Below are positions 56,585-64,000 of a stretch of DNA of 64,000 bases, in pieces. The number at the start of each line of letters is the position of its first letter. The stretch's first letter is position 1. The position numbers were made by a program, and so were the translations under genes. The notes below the pieces were generated by a model. That model saw only the letters and a program-made list of their open reading frames with translations, had not been told where the DNA came from and made no database searches. This stretch comes from the human T2T-CHM13v2.0 reference genome, Homo sapiens, in the NCBI RefSeq assembly GCF_009914755.1, contig NC_060932.1; one strand, 5' to 3'.

Positions 56585-56777
56585 ATGACAGGAGCAAAGA
56601 GGAAAAAGAAAAGCATGCTTTGGAGCAAGATGCATACCCCCCAGTGTGAAGACATTATACAGTGGTGTAGAAGGCGACTGCCCATTTTGGATTGGGCACC
56701 ACATTACAATCTGAAAGAAAACTTGCTTCCAGACACTGTGTCTGGGATAATGTTGGCAGTTCAACAGGTGACCCAAG
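56585..56777 (+). CDS. SLC26A7: SLC26A7 first coding exon (anion exchanger/channel): [65 protein letters not shown]
   Basis: AAAATGA start preceded by an in-frame TGA. SLC26 N-terminal signature LPILxWxPxY...DxxSG...QG. Donor AAG|GTAATG at 56777 (193 nt, phase 1). The next exon is not seen in the window. Confidence 0.96.
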
Positions 56778-58539
56778 GTAATGTATTGCATTTGAGTTTC
56801 CTGTATTATGCAGAGTAGATGTCACTTTGCTTCCTTGGAATAATACTATGACCTAGAATAAACAATTTAGCTAAATAAATGGATATTAGCTGTGGGGAAA
56901 CAAGCATATTGGATATATTTGGAGAAGAGTTTTCCTAATTGTCTTTTTTCCTCTGTATTTTGATAGCTATTAAGCATTGAATAAACTTTTGAATGACATT
57001 ACATTTTTTCACTGTTAAAATTCACACTGTTTTAGAGTGAAAGATTAGTAATTATGGGAGTGTGAGTTTTTATAACATGATCTTATGGATATAGTTGCCT
57101 ACTTTCACTGAATCAAGCTATAAAATACTCCTGGCTTGAACACAATCGTTTTGGAACCTAATTAGCAGCACACAATTACCTGTTGTAGCCTTGAGAGTTG
57201 CTATAAACAAGGAACAAAGCTTTCTGTACATAAAGGAGGCTCTTTGCCAAGATTGGTATTTGCAAAGAGAATCCTGTGTGTCCTGAGAGCTTATGTTTTA
57301 CTGTCTATGCTGATTTACTTCTGTATCACATTACCTACTACATCTATTTCTCAGTAAGATATTTAAACTGGTGAGAAGTCTGATTTTAACTTTCCCCAAA
57401 ACAGACTAAATGATATTCTGGATTTAGATAGGTGTTTCTATTGGCAAAAGCTACCGACCTAGTGTGCATGTGTGTGTATTTGTTTGCCTTAAAGATATAT
57501 CCATTGCAGTTCTTGGCTAATTCAAATAATTTTCTACCTGTAGCAAGGAAAGGAACTAATTTCTGAACCTTGAGAATTTAGAGCAGTTTCCTTGGCATAG
57601 ACACTGCAGGCTTATATTTCCTTGCAGTTTCACTACCTCCTTGGCTTTAACTATTATTTACACTGTTAAATTATAAGCACTCTTTTAATTAAATTATTCT
57701 GTAGCTGGAACAAACTGGTTTGTGTATTTGTGTTTTTGGTATAATTAGGAACATCTGCACTAGTGACTTTAAGATCCATAATACTGTCATACTTTATAGG
57801 ATTCCATTTTACTGAATAGTCTTATATTTTTAATGACCATTTTGCCAATAGAAATGCATAGTAATCTTTCAGAAAAATGCAAAGTAAATAACAGCTTTGG
57901 GCATTTTTGGACTTGCTTTTATTCAGTTTTAAATTCCAAATGAAACAATACCAATGTACTTTGAAAACTTAAGTGATGAATTTTTTTTTTAACCAGATAG
58001 TTTCAGCATGCTATAAATTTATTTTGCTTTAATTTAATGTAAAATGAAAGAGAATTATGTTTTTAAAAATAATTTCTTTTTTTACCTTTGGAAAATATCA
58101 AGTTAATAAGACAATTTGAGGATAAGATAAAGTTATCTATGGTGTATCATTAGTGATACTATTTATGTATAAGTTTCAGTAGTTAATTATATGGCTTTTA
58201 TTTGGGTATAGATTTTGAGGGATTTTGTTTTACGAGTCATGTATTTCACTGGTTATGAAGGGACACATTGGCCAGCCCCAAGACTGATGAGAAGCACAAC
58301 ACATACTCAGCCCTTGTGTCTTGGGAAGTTATGAATCTGGCTGCTGATTCTCTTGGAAGGCTACCAGTGAATGGATAAGGCTGCACTACAAAAACGTTTT
58401 TGTTTGTGAAATTTAAGACTAATTATTTTTAAAATGTCTATTCTTTTAAAAACAATTTTCTCAAACTTTTTCATGCTCATCTACTACGTATAGACAGTTA
58501 AAAAGTGAAATGCCATAAGCTACCATTTGTTGTAAGAGG

Positions 58540-58745
58540 CAATGCCCTAAACCCTTACATACATTATCTCCCCCTATCCTAACAGAATCCCAAGACACAG
58601 CAGTCTCCTCTCCATTTTCCACAGGAGAAAATGGAGGTTTAGAAGAGTTAGAAATTTTCCCTGGACGTCATACCTGATAAGTAGTGGAGTCAGGACTTGA
58701 TTCCAAAGCCAACACTCAACATTTTCACTTTATAGTCTACACTGC
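58540..58745 (-). mobile_element. MIR SINE
   Basis: CCATTTTCCACAGGAGAAAATGGAGGTTTAGAAGAGTTAG...AGTAGTGGAGTCAGGACTTGA. Confidence 0.65.
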
Positions 58746-59339
58746 CAAAATAACAAGACTTTTCATAACACCAATGTTATTAGTAATAGAAGACATTTCT
58801 TTGGAAAGGTGTGACTATCCTTCCCTTCAAATTGCTTTTGCATTCAGGTTTCATCCCTGCAGTTTTTAGATTCAAAGGCAAAGTGACAAGAAAAATAACT
58901 AGAATAGGATACAGAGTAAGGAAGGCATTTAGATATCATTACCTCTTGTTTGTCTGAATACAATATTGGCAATTATTATCAGCTCAATTTTCTAAGGAAA
59001 ATTAGAAGAAAGAGGGATAATTTTTGTTCTTGCATCATAACGCAAACAATAGGCTCAAGCACCTTTTTTTAGCTTTACCCATTTTTGTAGCAGCTTTTCA
59101 GTTACTCAGCATAGTTGAATTATATAAAATTGTCCAATTTACTGTTTCTTGACCTACAAAGATAGAATGTTTATGTTTCAATCTAGTAGTTGTTTTTCGT
59201 TCTTCTTTCTCAAGGAGTGCATTTAAATTAAGGATAATGGAAATTCATTTGAGTGTTTTCTATATGTCAAATAGCAAGAAGCTGTTTTAAATTATTTTAA
59301 TAAAGTAAATCTTTACTTTATTAAAGATTTCCTAATTGT

Positions 59340-60820
59340 TAAATATAGATGCTTTTCTATTATCAGTAGCATTTTCTGTGTTGACTACAGTCTTTCTGAA
59401 ATCCCTTATTCTCTTGGTTTTTAGACACCACTCTTGTTTTTCTCCTGCTACCTGTCTGTCCTTCTCTTCTTATGATTCTCTGCAGATTTTTTGCCTCCCA
59501 CCAAACACTGGTGTCCTGGAGATTCAAACCCTGGCCTTCACTAAAAGCATAAAAGATGCTAATCACCCCCTTCATGCTAATGAAACTTTCTTCTCAACTT
59601 GAGATCTACATATTTATTTATTAATTTTTAAAAACCAGCCAGATTATCATTAAAATGTGATGTATACACTGCAAGACTACCTTTTCCAGCTTTCTTTGAG
59701 GTTAGGTGTTGCCCTGTGATTATATTTTGGCCAAGGGAAAATGAGCAGAAGTATACTTCTTCCAGTCCTAGCCTGTAAAAGTCATGTATGATCCTCATGT
59801 CCCCTATATGCTGGCAGGTATTAATGCCCAAGGCAAATTTGGAAGCTATGTATTGGAGGTAGCATTGACTCTATCAGCAGCCTTGGTTCCTGAGTGACCT
59901 TGGAGATCCACATATTTAAATATGCTAACCTAGAATGTTCTAAATGTACTTCAAATGCTGTGTCTTCAAAACAAACTGAATGTAACCTCCATTCGAACCA
60001 GAACTATAATAATAACAACAGTAATTTTTAGGCACAGATGCAAGCAGTATTGTAAGAACACTTGACATATATACAAAACTGAAGTTGGGAGAGGACAAAC
60101 AACTTGCCTAAAGTCACACAGCAAATGAGTGGAAGAGGTAGGATTTGAACTCAGGTAATCTGGCTCCTGAGACTATGCCCTCACTTTTATACTAGACTTC
60201 TTCTCTTAGAAAGTCCTGCACATCATTCTCAACTCTTTCCTCTCTTTTGCCACCCTGCCCACTAGCATACGACCAGCTGCCAGGTTCTTTTGTTTCTATC
60301 CCCTCTCATTTTAACTAAGTAGTCTTGTTTCATGGGCCCTGCAGTCGCTGTAATTCTGTCTGAACTATTGAAGTCATCATCTTGTGGGTCTTCATTCCTT
60401 ATTCTGTCTCCACCTGTAGGCCATATTCCATACTGCAGCCAGAATAATCACAAAAATCTGAATGCATTGATCCTGTTCAGAATTATTTAATGAACCTATA
60501 TTTTCTCTAGAGTAAAAGTCCATTTCTTCAGCATGTCCTATTAGATCATTAATAATCTGAGCCTCTTGATACAAAGCTCTACTCAAAGAGATCTCTCCTC
60601 TAAGAATCCCTCCCAATCTCCTGGGAAGATGTTTTCTTCCCTCTTACTCCCTTTGTACTTTTTACATATCTCTTTGATAGGCCTTAACATATTGTATTAT
60701 AATATCTTGCTACAACTCTTTCCACACTAGTCTGTAAGCTCTGGAAACAAGACAATGTCTTAATCTATATATTCTTACCAGCTTGTGAATTGCTTGGCAC
60801 ATAAATGTTTGTTGGAAGAA
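59340..60820. mobile_element. Nested L2 fragments with an MLT1-like LTR piece (~59630-59900) and a MIR (~60010-60190)
   Basis: L2 3' end CACTAGTCTGTAAGCTC...GCTTGGCACATA...TGTTTGTTGGAAGAAT. MIR ACTTGCCTAAAGTCACACAGC...GGATTTGAACTCAGG. Confidence 0.6.
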
Positions 60821-63027
60821 TTAAAACATTCTAGAAGCCAACAATTGTTCCATTGCAGCATGCTATCACTCTAGAGAGGAAACTGAATTTAAACTAATTC
60901 TTATGTTTTATTATATAAATAAATGTAATAAAGATACTGATAGTAAAAAAATACATTAAAATACAAGTAATTGATTTTTTCCAACTTCTCTTACTTTCTT
61001 GAAGTTACAAATTTGCAGGCCTCCTGACAAATCTGGTAAAAGATATGTTTTCTTTGTCCCAATGTTAATTTTTTCTTCAGCCAACAGTAACAAATATGAA
61101 TAGTTTATATAAAAGTCCAGATGCCCAGCTTCTCTTGAAAAATCTAGGGAGACATGGTCACGCAGGGCCCACATCTCCATGCGGCAAAATCTGCAGGCCC
61201 TTAAGAGAGCCTCCTTGTTTGCCACAGCACCCACCATTCACAGGTTCACTGCCACTCTTCCTGCTGGTATGACCATTACCTACCTAGCTCTATGAATGAC
61301 TAAATTTGTTTCCCCTGCCAAGACACTTTCTAACATATTTTGTTGAAATGCCTCAAATTTGCCCTTGAATAAAACCTTCATAGGGAGATGACATAATATT
61401 AGCTTCTTCACCTAAGACCACAGAACCTTCAGGTCTGTGAACCTGGACTCATATGTTTCAATATACTTCACTTCTTTATAATCATATGCATTGTCTGTTA
61501 CTGATTTTTACAATGTGTTCTGGGAAGGAGTCCAGCAGCTTTATTAGACTGCCAAAGGGGTGGTTACCCCTCTTCAGAATAAATAGGTATAATATAGAGA
61601 TGTATAAAATAACATGTAGATGTATTAATTTCAAAGAAAGAAAGATAAAAGAAACTTCAGGTCCTTCTTTTACTAAGTTCAAATATTTCCTAGAAACCAC
61701 TTGTATTTTTTAAAAATATTTTTAACATTTGGCAGTTCTCATTAGTAACATCATGTAAGAGCCTTTATATTTAGTATCTGCCATGATGTTCTTTAACTGA
61801 CATCTTGAAGACCTTCACTGTCAAATATGTTTTATAGATAAGCAAACATTTGTAGAGAATGACATTGACTTAAAACATGTCACCAACATGGATGGCAAGC
61901 TAAGCAGTATAAGACTCTGGTTTCTAAAGCATTTTGTGCACATTACAGCCTGAATGACCATCTGGGGGAAAGAGATTCTCTGTTTCCAACATGAAAACTC
62001 AAGCATTGAGACAGAGTGGAGACCTGAAATGCATGACTTGCCATATAAGAACCTAATGCACTGGGGTGGAATATGAGAATGTTTGGCCTTGCATTTCCAA
62101 GGGCTCACCTAGACTTTTTTTTTCCCAAACCATGCAACTTTTAGCTGCCATAGGGTTGCCTGATGTTCAAACCACAAGGTTTTGGGCTGCAAACAAAAGA
62201 TGGATGTTCCTTATAATTATGCAGAATGTGTGGCATTACTGGCACCAAAACTTGTGTGTGGAAGCTGAGCTTCATTGCACTCCTGAGGGCAGCTTAGTGA
62301 CATGCAGAACAATAAGTGGAAATTCCTGAGGCATACTGCATTGCACAGATTAAAGACTTGTCTGGGAATGTTTCCCTGCATGGTCTCAGCTTTGGCGATA
62401 CAGAATCCTAGCATTAGCCACGTATCTCTAACTTAGCTCCCTTAATCACTGTATCTTCCTGCTAGTAACTTTTCTCCAGGAGCAATGGCATCCAAATATT
62501 CCTAAATGAGTCTAAAGTATATTTTCCTTACCCCATGAAAATATAGAAGAGCTGTGACACATTCCTGTCTTTTCCTTCTCTATTTCCCCTCATCCCATGA
62601 CCCAATCCCTCACTATAGCTCCAAGCTTCATTCGGTACTTTTGACTCCTGTTTTATTTTTCTTTAATGCAAAACAATGATGGTTTAGATATTAAAGGACC
62701 CTGTATTTATTTATGCACTTAGCATAATGCTCCCTATAACATTTAGAGCTGTCCATATTGAAGAACCATGACCTTTAATTTTAGAGTGTTGAAAACATGG
62801 CAAGGTTTGCAACAAAATACATTGGCAGTGAGTGTCAGGATGAGATACGTGGTCTATCTTCTGTTTTTACCTGCTATGAACCATCCCTGCTCTTTTCAGT
62901 AACTGTATCTCAGATTAGTTTGGGTGAATAACCCCTGTTCCATATATAGTACAAATGATTTAGGTGAGGTTCTATTGCTGGCACAGCAGATGGTGTCCAG
63001 GCTGATCAGGGGACTGAATGCCTCTAG

Positions 63028-63215
63028 ACCAGGATTCTCAAACTGGAGGCCTATTGGAACCATCTTGGGGATTAAAAGAATGCTAATACAAGGGTTCCAT
63101 ATCTAGCAACGAAACCAGATTTTCTGGAAATTGTGCCCCGGCATTGAGGCATTGTCTTCCTTCTATTCTTTTAAAAAAATGTTGCGGTTTCTAATGTGAA
63201 ACAGGTGAGAGCAGG
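63028..63215. mobile_element. MER5-like DNA transposon fragment
   Basis: CCAGGATTCTCAAACT...GGAACCATCTTGGGG...TTAAAAGAATGC...TTCTAATGTG. Confidence 0.5.
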
Positions 63216-64000
63216 ATCTAGCCATAGTTATTGGACCAGGTGAAGGTTTGTCGGCCAAGATGTGATAATTAGCACAGTTCCATACACCTGGCCAGTGACT
63301 GATTCAAGAATAAGGTCTGACCTCTAGGCATAAGGATATGAGTTTACTATACAAGGGGCCAGCTATTTATTATTAAAATGGTAATGGCAATCTAAATGAC
63401 CTGAGTGGTCAGTCTGGGTCTCAGTACATGTATGAGACCTTTTAGGAAGCCAAAACTTCCTTCATGCTGAAATGATGACAGTAGAGATAATGTGCCTCTA
63501 CAGTTTCCCAGGACCTCCACAGCCTGACAATGAAGCCAATCCAGCAAAATGCATAGCAGAGAGAAACCGAGTCCTGATGACAACTACTATAGCCCTGACT
63601 CTCCATTTGCATGTGCAAACACTTTTTTGCTTTGTTTATGTAGATTTAAGTTGGGTTTCTTCTAGTCACCTTAATGACACATTTGAGTGCTATTATAGTA
63701 TAAATGTGTTACATAAATTATTTCAAATATTATGAAACCCAGAAAGATTGATATTATTCTACTGAAGAGCATCTCATGAAAATATGAGCTCTGAACATTA
63801 GGTGAATTGGCCCACTTCTAGGACTGCTAAGATGGATTAAAACCTAAAACTGCCCTGCTCCATTCCTCATTCTTCACTGGTATCTGTTGCCCAGCTTGCT
63901 TCTAGCATGACAGACATAGCCTGGGTGGGACCGGGGCTGACTCTGAGCCTCCCTTCACATCTACCCCTCAGGCTGCCCCTTCCCATGATGACATGTCACC

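Noticed and set aside
62980-62998. Second CTCF-like motif CACAGCAGATGGTGTC
   Set aside because: It has mismatches at key positions and is equally explained as a chance E-box.
56778-64000. Further SLC26A7 coding exons
   Set aside because: I found no segment encoding the expected continuation (LAFA.L...P..GLY-type motif) with a phase-1 acceptor; the region looks intronic.

Overview
Primate (almost certainly human) genomic DNA. It is AT-rich and about half interspersed repeats, and I recognise it as the LRRC69 / SLC26A7 junction (human 8q21.3; identified from protein and miRNA sequence recall, not from a database search). On the + strand are the last two coding exons of LRRC69 (7550-7729, 25827-25937), the intronic MIR4661 hairpin (12422-12496), and the proximal promoter, 5' UTR exons and first coding exon of the anion transporter SLC26A7 (ATG 56585). 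Two large LINE-1s lie antisense. One is a young L1PA2/3-type copy (1-4805) with an intact 5' UTR and dead ORF1/ORF2. The other is an older L1PA8-like copy (about 27300-32570) with a ~1.15 kb internal deletion. The rest is Alu, MIR, L2, MLT1, MER and microsatellite sequence, and most short ORFs in the supplied track are spurious. I see no wholly new gene system. The best leads are: (i) an L1 antisense promoter with an extended ORF0 whose internal splice donor is in frame with the downstream LRRC69 exons; (ii) an LRRC69 terminal exon that also carries a strong splice donor just after its stop, so it could act as an internal SLC26A7 5' UTR exon; (iii) a palindromic tandem repeat fused to the MIR4661 stem; (iv) a BC-box-like plus split zinc-finger C-terminus in LRRC69; (v) a uORF whose stop codon is an alternative SLC26A7 splice acceptor.
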